Source: an uncultured Opitutaceae bacterium
GTDB taxonomy: Bacteria; Verrucomicrobiota; Verrucomicrobiia; Opitutales; Opitutaceae
Length of the DNA: 26,549 nt
NCBI GenBank assembly: GCA_964512415.1
Contig: CAZEJZ010000001.1
Location: forward strand, 1 to 26,549
Reading direction: 5' to 3'
The position numbers were made by a program, and so were the translations under genes. Below the pieces are notes generated by a model. That model searched no databases and was not told where the DNA came from. It was given only the letters and a program-made list of their open reading frames with translations. The first letter of the stretch is position 1. Each line of letters begins with the position of its first letter. Shown piece by piece: positions 1-7,617 of this stretch.

Positions 1-1
1 G

Positions 2-763
2 GGCATCAAGCCCTGCGATCCCCTCATCCCCGTCGGCGACGCCCTCACGCACGCGCCCGTCCCCACCCCGCTCCGCGACGGGCGCATGCCGGTCAACCTC
101 GCCGCGGCCCGCGCCGTGCGCCGCGAGGTGGGCGATGACTTCTGGCTCCGCGGCGCCATCTCCGGGCCGTTCTCCCTCGCGATCTCGCTCGTCGGCGCCG
201 AGGCGCTCTTCCTCGCCTGCCTCGACCGCCCCGACTGGGTACGCGAGGTCCTCGCCTACGCGAGTCGCATCATCAAGGCGTTCGCCCGCGGCTACCTCGA
301 CGCCGGCGCCGAACTCATCGTCTTCGATTCCCAAGCCTCTCCGGAACTGCTCTCCCCTCCGATGTACGAGGAGTTCGTGCTGCCCGTCACCGAGGAACTG
401 GTGCAATGGGCCGCCGGCCAGGGCGTGCGCGACCTGCCCCTCGTCATCGGCGGCAACACAACGCCGATCGCCGAGCTGCTCCTCCGCACCGGCGCGAACA
501 ACCTGCTCTGCGATTTCACCGCCGACTTCGATGAGTGGGCCGCGCTCTGCGCCCAGCACCAGCGCAGCTTCCGCCGCAATCTTTCCCCGCGGCTCCTCGA
601 AACCGCCACGCCCGACGAGATCTATGCCACCGCCCGGCGCGAGCTCGCCCGCGGCCGCTCCCTCCCCGGCTTCATCATGGGCACCGCCGTCATCCCGTTC
701 GGCACGCCCACCGCCCATATCCTCGCGGTGAAGCAGGCCTGCCTCGACTGCGCCCCAGCCTGA
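2..763 (+). CDS. Uroporphyrinogen decarboxylase / MtaA-CmuA family methyltransferase (5'-partial)
   Basis: The frame is open from position 2 (GIKPCDPLIP...DGRMPVNL), so the ATG at 86 is internal. Family-like segments: 'DGRMP', 'GAISGPFSLA', 'FDSQASPELLSPPMYEEFVLP', 'GNTTPI', 'RNLSP', 'PGFIMGT..IPFGTP..HI.A'. It lies directly upstream of a corrinoid protein. Confidence 0.85.
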   Translation, partial: GIKPCDPLIPVGDALTHAPVPTPLRDGRMPVNLAAARAVRREVGDDFWLRGAISGPFSLAISLVGAEALFLACLDRPDWVREVLAYASRIIKAFARGYLDAGAELIVFDSQASPELLSPPMYEEFVLPVTEELVQWAAGQGVRDLPLVIGGNTTPIAELLLRTGANNLLCDFTADFDEWAALCAQHQRSFRRNLSPRLLETATPDEIYATARRELARGRSLPGFIMGTAVIPFGTPTAHILAVKQACLDCAPA

Positions 764-819
764 ACCGGCTTCCGGCCACGCCCTCCCACCGCCCCCACTT
801 CCCGACCTTCGTCTTCCCC

Positions 820-1464
820 ATGCCGGACTACGCCCAGCTGAACCAGTTCCTCTACGAGGGGAACGCCAAGGAGGTCGAACGCCTCGTCCGCGAAGCCCTC
901 GCCGAGGGCCGGCCCGTCGATGAGGTGCTCAACGACGGTCTCATCGCCGGCATGGCCGTCGTGGGCGAGGACTTCAAGTACTCCGTCCTCTACGTCCCCG
1001 AGGTGCTCGTCGCCGCCCGAGCCATGAAGGCTGGCATGGCCATCCTCAAGCCGCTCCTCGTCGCCGACGCCGCCAACCACCCGCCCCGCGGGACGCTCAT
1101 CATGGGCACGGTGAAGGGCGACCTCCACGACATCGGCAAGAATCTCGTCTGCATGATGGCCGAGGGCGCCGGCTTCAAGGTCGTCGACATCGGCGTCGAC
1201 CAACCCACCGAGTCCTTCATCGCCGCCGCCCGCACGCACCAGGCCCACATCGTCGGCATGAGCGCCCTGCTCACCACCACCATGCCCTACATGAAGGTGG
1301 TGATCGACGCCTTCCAAAACGAACCCGACCTCGCCCACGTGAAGCTCGTCATCGGCGGCGCCCCCGTGAACCGCATGTTTGCCGACGAGATCGGCGCGGA
1401 CGGCTACGGTCCCGACGCCCCGAGCAGCGTGGAAATGTTCCAGCGGTTCATGGCGGCCCAGTGA
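820..1464 (+). CDS. Corrinoid (cobalamin-binding) methyl-carrier protein, MtaC/MtbC-like, 214 aa
   Basis: N-terminal cap domain (LNDGLIAGMAVVGEDFK...YVPEVLVAARAM) plus B12-binding motifs GDLHDIG (DxHxxG), SALLTTT (SxL) and IGGAP. ATG at 820; the ORF-track extension from 535 is not protein-like. Confidence 0.95.
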   Translation: MPDYAQLNQFLYEGNAKEVERLVREALAEGRPVDEVLNDGLIAGMAVVGEDFKYSVLYVPEVLVAARAMKAGMAILKPLLVADAANHPPRGTLIMGTVKGDLHDIGKNLVCMMAEGAGFKVVDIGVDQPTESFIAAARTHQAHIVGMSALLTTTMPYMKVVIDAFQNEPDLAHVKLVIGGAPVNRMFADEIGADGYGPDAPSSVEMFQRFMAAQ

Positions 1465-1539
1465 TCCCCTTTCTCGCCGTCGACTGCACCCGCGGCGGCA
1501 AAGACGCCTCCCAAATCCTGACCCCGAATCCCTTCCGAG

Positions 1540-3153
1540 ATGTCCTCCCTGCGCGACAAGCTTGAAGGTTCCGACCGCTTCCTCGTGGGCGTGGAGTTGG
1601 TCTCCACGCGGGGCACGATGGAGGAGGCGCGGGCGCAGCGGGCGGTGCGCTTCGCCCGCGACCTCGCGCGGGAACCGCGGGTCGACTGGGTCTCCGTGAC
1701 CGACAATGCCGGGGGGCATCCGATGCTCGCTCCGGCGGCGCTGGGGCGACCGATCCGCGAGGCGGGCGGCACGGTCGTGGTCCACTTGTCCTGCAAGGAT
1801 TTCAACCGCAACGGGCTGGAGTCGACCGCGTGGCAGCTGGCGAGCGAGGGTTTCCACGATGTGCTCGCCCTCACGGGCGACGCCCCGGCCCCCGGCGTGG
1901 CCGGCGGCGCGAAGCCGGTCTTCGATCTCGACTCCGTCGGTCTGCTCACGCTGCTCGAGCGGATGAACGCCGGCCTGCCGGCCCCACGACCCGGCGCGAC
2001 CGACACCGCGGCGCCGACGCGCCGGCTCACGCCCACGCACTTCTTCAGCGGGTGCGTGGTCACGAACTTCAAGCGCCACGAAAACGAGGTCGTGCCGCAA
2101 CTGCAGAAGCTCGCCGTCAAGGTCGCCGCCGGCGCCCGCTGGGTCATCAATCAGGTGGGCTACGATTCGCGCAAGATCTCCGAGCTCATCGCCTGGTCCC
2201 GCGCCCACCTGTCGACGCCGGTGCCGCTGATCGGCAACGTCTACGTGCTCAACCCGACGGTCGCGCGCCTGTTCCGCTCGCAACAGATTCCGGGCGTCGT
2301 GGTGTCCGACGAGCTCGCGGATCTCTGCGCGCGACACGAGACGACCCCCGACCGGGGCCGCGCGTTCTTTCTCGAATTCGCCGCCCGCCAGGTGTCGATC
2401 TACCGCGGCCTCGGTTACCGCGGCGTGTACCTCGGCGGTGTCCACGCGGTGGAGGATGTCCGGACCGTCCTCGATCTCGCCGAACGCCATGGGCCCGAGG
2501 ACTGGCGCAGGTTTGCCCGCGAGCAGCGCTTCTCCCGTCCGGGTGAGTTCTTCTGCTACGCCGAGGATCCGGCCACCGGACTCGCGGATCCGACGCGGCC
2601 GACTCCCGCCACCACCGCCGCGAGCGGACGCGCGTCCCTCGGGGACCGCTGGGTGTACCGGTTCTCCAAGTTCACCCACGCCGCCTTGTTCACGCCGGAC
2701 CGCGGACTGTGGACGCTCGGCGAGCGTCTGACGTCCCGCGCCAAGGATCCCGCGCAGGGTCCCCGCTGGATGCGCGCGCTGGAACACGTGGGCAAGTCCG
2801 CGCTCTTCGACTGCCGGGACTGCGGCGACTGCTCGCTGCCCGACATCGCCTTCCTGTGTCCCGAGTCCGCCTGCGCGAAGAACCAGCGCAACGGTCCGTG
2901 CGGCGGCACCCGCGACGGGCAGTGCGAGGTCGGCGACTTTCCCTGCATCTGGTCCCGCGCGTACGACCGGCTGAAGGCCGAGGGCCGCGCCGACAAGCTG
3001 CTCGCGCACGCGCCCGTGATCCAGGACCAGACCCTCCGCGGCACGTCCAGCTGGGCCAACACCTGGCAGCGCCGCGATCATCTCGCCCCTCGCCTCACCG
3101 CCCCCCCGCCGCCTGCGCCCGCGGCGTCGGCCGCCCCTCCTCTTTCCTCATGA
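1540..3153 (+). CDS. metF: Methylenetetrahydrofolate reductase MetF fused to a C-terminal MetV/MTHFR_C Cys-rich domain, 537 aa
   Basis: MetF motifs: VELVST (catalytic Glu), SVTDNAGG, VHLSC, LALTGD, VINQVGYD. The C-terminus has 8 Cys: CRDCGDC...CPESACAKNQRNGPCGG...CE...CIW, typical of MetV. Confidence 0.9.
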   Translation: MSSLRDKLEGSDRFLVGVELVSTRGTMEEARAQRAVRFARDLAREPRVDWVSVTDNAGGHPMLAPAALGRPIREAGGTVVVHLSCKDFNRNGLESTAWQLASEGFHDVLALTGDAPAPGVAGGAKPVFDLDSVGLLTLLERMNAGLPAPRPGATDTAAPTRRLTPTHFFSGCVVTNFKRHENEVVPQLQKLAVKVAAGARWVINQVGYDSRKISELIAWSRAHLSTPVPLIGNVYVLNPTVARLFRSQQIPGVVVSDELADLCARHETTPDRGRAFFLEFAARQVSIYRGLGYRGVYLGGVHAVEDVRTVLDLAERHGPEDWRRFAREQRFSRPGEFFCYAEDPATGLADPTRPTPATTAASGRASLGDRWVYRFSKFTHAALFTPDRGLWTLGERLTSRAKDPAQGPRWMRALEHVGKSALFDCRDCGDCSLPDIAFLCPESACAKNQRNGPCGGTRDGQCEVGDFPCIWSRAYDRLKAEGRADKLLAHAPVIQDQTLRGTSSWANTWQRRDHLAPRLTAPPPPAPAASAAPPLSS

Positions 3154-4088
3154 GCCTGCACATCATCGGTGAGCTGATCAACAATGCCTACGCCCGCGCG
3201 CGCCGCGCCTGGGAGGCCCGCGACGTCACCGGCTACCAGACCCTCGCCTCGCTCCAGGCCGCCGCCGGCGCCGCCGCGATCAATCTCAACCTCGACGGGA
3301 CGCAGCGCGTGCCCGTGCGCCAGGAGGAGATGATCGCGTTCCTGCCCACTGTGATCCCGGCCCTGCAGGCCGTGACCGACGTGCCGCTGAGTTTCGACAA
3401 CCCGAGCCTCGGCTACCACCGCGCCGCCATCGCCGCGTACGATCGGTCGCGCTGCCGCGGCAAGCCCATCCTCAACTCGCTCGCGGCCTCGCGCCCCGAG
3501 CTCGACGGCATGATCGCGCTCATCCGCGATCACGACCTGCGCTGCATCGTCATGGCCTCGGAGAAGTTCCTCCCCGGCGGCGGCAGCGGCCAGAGCCTCG
3601 ACGCGCGCGACAGCCACGAGACCATCGTCCGCTTCGTCGACCGTCTCGTGTCCGAGGCCAATCGCACGCTCGACGACATCATCGTCGATCCCGGCCTCGC
3701 ACCGGTCGGCGCCGACACGTACGGGCTGATCAACATCGGCCTGGACACGATGCGCCGCTGTTCCGAGGACCCGCAGCTGCGCGGGCTGCACTTCTCGGTC
3801 GGTCTCTCCAACTTCGCCTGGGGCACGCCCAAGGGCATCAAGGACGAGCTCGAACGCGCCTACCTCACTCTTGCGCAGCGCGTGGGACTCGACCACGCGC
3901 TCGCCAACGTGGAACACAACGCCACGCCGCTGCCGGACCACGATCCGCTGGTCGCGGAGCTCGCCGCGGCGCTCGAGGCCGGTCGCGCCGGCCCCGGTGA
4001 AACGACTGAAGAGGCCGGGTTCCGCCAGGCCGAGAAAGTCATGGACATCTGCAACGCGTACCTCGAACGCCAGGAAGCCGCTTCATGA
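3150..4088 (+). CDS. Pterin-binding methyltransferase, AcsE/MeTr-like (methyl-H4folate:corrinoid methyltransferase), 312 aa
   Basis: ATG at 3150 overlaps the metF stop (ATGA). Motifs IIGELIN, PLSFD, ILNS, IVDPG and GLSN correspond to the MeTr pterin-binding residues (D75, N96, D160, N199 of Moorella MeTr). Confidence 0.85.
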   Translation: MSLHIIGELINNAYARARRAWEARDVTGYQTLASLQAAAGAAAINLNLDGTQRVPVRQEEMIAFLPTVIPALQAVTDVPLSFDNPSLGYHRAAIAAYDRSRCRGKPILNSLAASRPELDGMIALIRDHDLRCIVMASEKFLPGGGSGQSLDARDSHETIVRFVDRLVSEANRTLDDIIVDPGLAPVGADTYGLINIGLDTMRRCSEDPQLRGLHFSVGLSNFAWGTPKGIKDELERAYLTLAQRVGLDHALANVEHNATPLPDHDPLVAELAAALEAGRAGPGETTEEAGFRQAEKVMDICNAYLERQEAAS

Positions 4089-5374
4089 ACCCATCCGTCT
4101 CCCGCACCCCGCTCCGTCTGCCGCTCCCGAAACGCGGCGCACCCTGCTGGCTGCGCCTCGGCACCGTCTTCGACGGCCACGAGGTCCTGACGGACGCGCA
4201 CCTCGTCTACGATGCGAAGCGGATTCTGCACGTCGGCGGGCCGCCGCCGTCCTACGTGGTCGGCGCCGACCGGACGGAGCCCGACCTACACCTTCCGCAT
4301 CACACCGCGCTGCCCGGACTGATCGATGCGCACGCGCATCTCTTCCTCGAAGGCGGCGAGTTGGACCCGGCGCGGCGCGCGACGTACCTCGGGCTGCACG
4401 ACACCGAGTTGCTCGCGCGGGCCGAGGCCCGGCTGCCGCGGTTGTTGCGGCTTGGCGTTCTCGCGGTCCGCGACGCCGGCGACCGCAATGGCGTCGGCCT
4501 CGCGCTCCAGCGTCGCGACCTCTCCAGCTCGCGCGGGGAAATGCCCTATCTCGATAGCCCCGGAGCCGCGCTGCACCACCAGAGCCGCTACGGCTCATTC
4601 ATGGGCGAGACGATCGAGAGCTTCGGCACGATCGAGCAGGCCATCGCCGCCCGCGTCGCCGCCGGGGCGCACCGGATCAAGCTCCTCGCCACCGGCATCA
4701 TCAACTTCGAGAAGGGTGCGGTCACGACCAAGCCGCAGATCTCCGTCGAGGAGCTCACGCGCGCCGTCACGGCGGCCCACTCCCTCGGGCGCGAGACCAT
4801 GATCCACTGCTCCGGCAACGACGGCGTGCAGAACTGCATCGCCGCCCGCGTCGACACGATCGAACACGGCTTCTTCATCGACCGCGACCAGCTGGCGCGG
4901 CTGCGTGATCTCGACATTGCCTGGATACCCACCTTCGCCCCGGTTCACTTCCAGTGGGAACACGGCACCGCGCTCGGCTGGAGCGAGCTCGTCCGGAGCA
5001 ATCTCCGCCGGATCCTCGATGACCACGCCGCCCGCCTCCGCGAGGCCGGCGAACTCGGCGTGCGCATCATCGCCGGCAGCGACGCCGGCTCCCACGGCGT
5101 GCCCCACGGCTACGGCTTCTTCACCGAGCTTGAGATCATGGAGGCCGCCGGCCTCTCCACCCTCCAAGTCCTGCGCTCCGCCACCGGCGCGTCCGCCGGT
5201 CGCCTCGGACTCCGCGAGGATCAGGGGCGGCTGCGCATCGGAGCCCGCTCCCGCTTCCTCCTCACCGACGCGCCCGTCCTCGAGGGCGTGCGCCATCTGC
5301 GCCAGCCCATCACCGTGGTCTTCGACCACGCCGTCTTCTCGGGCGGCGATCCGTCCGCAAAGCCCGGTCTCTAG
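4085..5374 (+). CDS. Metal-dependent amidohydrolase (Xaa-Pro dipeptidase/imidazolonepropionase-like subgroup), 429 aa
   Basis: LIDAHAH (HxH), IKLLATG (Lys), MIHCSG, TIEHG and GSDAG (Asp) form a complete binuclear-site motif set. ATGA overlap with the upstream gene. Confidence 0.9.
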   Translation: MNPSVSRTPLRLPLPKRGAPCWLRLGTVFDGHEVLTDAHLVYDAKRILHVGGPPPSYVVGADRTEPDLHLPHHTALPGLIDAHAHLFLEGGELDPARRATYLGLHDTELLARAEARLPRLLRLGVLAVRDAGDRNGVGLALQRRDLSSSRGEMPYLDSPGAALHHQSRYGSFMGETIESFGTIEQAIAARVAAGAHRIKLLATGIINFEKGAVTTKPQISVEELTRAVTAAHSLGRETMIHCSGNDGVQNCIAARVDTIEHGFFIDRDQLARLRDLDIAWIPTFAPVHFQWEHGTALGWSELVRSNLRRILDDHAARLREAGELGVRIIAGSDAGSHGVPHGYGFFTELEIMEAAGLSTLQVLRSATGASAGRLGLREDQGRLRIGARSRFLLTDAPVLEGVRHLRQPITVVFDHAVFSGGDPSAKPGL

Positions 5375-5395
5375 GCCCGCCCACGCCCGATCCCG

Positions 5396-7045
5396 ATGTC
5401 CGCGACCGTCACGCTGAATGGGCGACTGCTCACGCTCGCGCCGGGCCGTTCCGTGTTCGACGCCGGAACCGACGCCGGGATCCTCATTCCGTCATCCTGC
5501 CGCCAACAGGGACGCTGCCGGGAGTGCCTGATCGAGGTGACCGCCGGCGCCACGCTCCTCACCGCCCCCGCACCGGAGGAACGCGACCTCCGCCCCGGCT
5601 TCCGGCTGTCCTGCCGCTGCCGGCCCGCCGACGACGCCGAGGGCGCGATCGTCGCCCACACGCTGCTGCGGCCGACGCTGCGGATCGAGGACCGCGCCCT
5701 CCACCTGCCGGCGTCCACCCGCGGCCTTTCCCTCGACCCCGCCGTCCGCCGCGCGGGCGACTCCATCCTGCTCGATGGCCGCGAGATCCACCGGGGCCCC
5801 GGCCCGCTCCTAGGCGTCGCCATCGACCTCGGCACGACCACCGTCGCGCTGCGCGTGCTCGACCTCGAGACCGCCACCGTCGTCGCCGCCGCCTCGTTCG
5901 AGAATCCCCAGCGCTTCGCCGGATCCGACGTGATGGCGCGCATCCAGTACGACACCGACCACCCTGGCCGCCTGCTCCAGCGCACCCTGCTCGCTTACCT
6001 GACCCGCGTGATCAACGGGCTGCCCATCGCCGCGTCATCTATTTTTGAATACGTTATCGCGGGCAACTCCACGATGCGCGATCTGCTCTTCGGCCTCGAT
6101 GTCCGCCCGATCGGCCAGAGGCCCTACCGCTCCACCATCGAACAGGCCTGGCGCGACGGAGCCCGGCCCGACTCCAGCGTGAGCGCCCGCATCCGCGACC
6201 TCCGCCTGCCCGGTCACCCCGAGGGCCGGGTCTACGGCCTCCCGCTCGTCGGGGGCCACGTCGGGGCCGATGCGGCGGCCTGCCTCCTCGCGCTCGAGCC
6301 GCATCGGAGCGACGCGCTCGTCGCCATCATGGACATCGGGACCAACACCGAGGTGTTTCTCGGCAACCGCCACGGCCTGCTCGCCGCCTCCTGCCCCGCC
6401 GGCCCCGCCTTCGAGGGCGGCGCGATCAGCTGCGGCCTGCCCGGCGTCACCGGGGCCATCGAACGCGTGCAGATCGCCGACGACGGCACGGTCCACGCGC
6501 GCGTGATCGGTGACGCGCCCGCCGACGGCGTCTGCGGATCGGGATTGATCGACCTGCTCGGTGAACTCAGCCGCACCGGACAGATGAACGAGCGCGGACG
6601 CCTGGAATCCGGCGACGAAGCGTTCGTGGTCGACGCCGGGCGTGGGATCGCGCTGCGCGAGAGTGACATCAACGAGCTGGCGCAGGCCAAGGGCGCGAAC
6701 GTCGCCGGGCTCCAAATCGTCGCGCGCCGCGCCGGCCGCCGTCTTGCGGATCTCGACTGTTTCTACCTCGCCGGTGGCTTCGGGCGCCATATCGACCTCG
6801 CGGCCGCGCGCCGCATCGGGCTCATCCCGGACCTGCCGGACGACCGCGTGGTGGCCGTCGGCAACATCGCCATCGAGGGCGCCGCGATCGCGCTGCTCTC
6901 CGTCAGCCGGCGCCGGGAGCTGGAGGCATTGGTGGGCACCATCCAGCACGTGGAGCTCGAGACCGATCCTGGGTTCTTCGACGAGTTTGTCGCGGGCTGC
7001 CAATTCCAGCCCTTCGGCAGCTTGGAGGACGCGCCGCTCCCATGA
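5396..7045 (+). CDS. RACo/RamA-type ATP-dependent reductive activator of corrinoid proteins (N-terminal 2Fe-2S ferredoxin + ASKHA/DUF4445), 549 aa
   Basis: CRQQGRCREC...LSC 2Fe-2S motif; ASKHA motifs AIDLGTTT, GGHVGADA, DIGTNTE, AGPAFEG, GVCGSG, LAGGFG. Confidence 0.93.
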   Translation: MSATVTLNGRLLTLAPGRSVFDAGTDAGILIPSSCRQQGRCRECLIEVTAGATLLTAPAPEERDLRPGFRLSCRCRPADDAEGAIVAHTLLRPTLRIEDRALHLPASTRGLSLDPAVRRAGDSILLDGREIHRGPGPLLGVAIDLGTTTVALRVLDLETATVVAAASFENPQRFAGSDVMARIQYDTDHPGRLLQRTLLAYLTRVINGLPIAASSIFEYVIAGNSTMRDLLFGLDVRPIGQRPYRSTIEQAWRDGARPDSSVSARIRDLRLPGHPEGRVYGLPLVGGHVGADAAACLLALEPHRSDALVAIMDIGTNTEVFLGNRHGLLAASCPAGPAFEGGAISCGLPGVTGAIERVQIADDGTVHARVIGDAPADGVCGSGLIDLLGELSRTGQMNERGRLESGDEAFVVDAGRGIALRESDINELAQAKGANVAGLQIVARRAGRRLADLDCFYLAGGFGRHIDLAAARRIGLIPDLPDDRVVAVGNIAIEGAAIALLSVSRRRELEALVGTIQHVELETDPGFFDEFVAGCQFQPFGSLEDAPLP

Positions 7046-7617
7046 CCCCCGCGACCCAGCCATTCCTGTGGGAGACTCGCGCCGTACCGGACGTCACGGA
7101 CGAGGCGTTCAAGCGCTTCCTCAAGCTGCCGCCGCGGCGGGAATTCACCGGGGCGGTCGCTGAGGCCGCAGCGGAGGCGCGCGCATGGTACCTCCAGCAC
7201 GGGCGCCCGTGGGGCGCGGCGATCGCGACCGAGCCCGCGCGCTGGACCGCGGCCTGCGCCGAGCTCCGGGCGGCCCCCGCCGCCGCGCTCGTCGCCGTCG
7301 CTGCGGGCACGGAAGTCGCCGAGGAGGCCGCCGCCCGCTGGACCCGCGACGAGCCGGATCGCGCCTTCTTCCTCGATCGCTTCGCCGCCGCGGTCACGGA
7401 AGCCCTCCTCGCCGAGGCGAAGCGCGCGCTCGGGGCGACCTTCCACGACTGTCCGGGATTCTGGGACTGGCCGATCACCGGCAACCTCGACCTCCTCGCG
7501 GCCTTCACCGCCGTGGCGCCGCTGCCCGGCTCCTTGGACGTGCTCGAGTCGGGGATGCTGCGTCCGAAGACCTCCCAGCTCGCTCTCTGCGACCGCCCCG
7601 CCGTGAACCCCGCCTGA
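7042..7617 (+). CDS. Stand-alone methionine synthase activation-domain-like protein (Met_synt_B12-like), 191 aa
   Basis: Pattern 'AVAAGTEV.E...FFLDRFAAAVTEA...CPGFWDWP...LESGMLRPKTS' resembles the family's 'avTiG.e.E...ylLDa...a.Ea...SPGYgDWp...lteS.mm.P.kS'. ATGA overlap with the RACo stop. Confidence 0.7.
   Translation: MTPATQPFLWETRAVPDVTDEAFKRFLKLPPRREFTGAVAEAAAEARAWYLQHGRPWGAAIATEPARWTAACAELRAAPAAALVAVAAGTEVAEEAAARWTRDEPDRAFFLDRFAAAVTEALLAEAKRALGATFHDCPGFWDWPITGNLDLLAAFTAVAPLPGSLDVLESGMLRPKTSQLALCDRPAVNPA

Noticed and set aside
764-1539. Cobalamin riboswitch in the cassette's intergenic gaps
   Set aside because: The gaps (56 and 75 bp) are too short and lack the B12-box; any riboswitch would lie upstream of the window.
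622-3081. 819-aa minus-strand ORF
   Set aside because: Antisense shadow of the corrinoid and metF genes; no motifs. Long stop-free antisense frames are expected at this GC content.
820-7045. Interpretation as Wood-Ljungdahl acs genes or HgcAB mercury methylation
   Set aside because: No acsA/B/C/D. The corrinoid protein is DxHxxG type and lacks the HgcA N(V/I)WCA(A/G)GK motif and TM region; no HgcB-type 2[4Fe-4S] ferredoxin.
820-7617. Interpretation as a split methionine synthase (MetH)
   Set aside because: No homocysteine-binding (BHMT-like Zn) domain in the window, and the MtaA-like MT and RACo are not MetH parts. Not fully excluded, because the upstream sequence is unseen.
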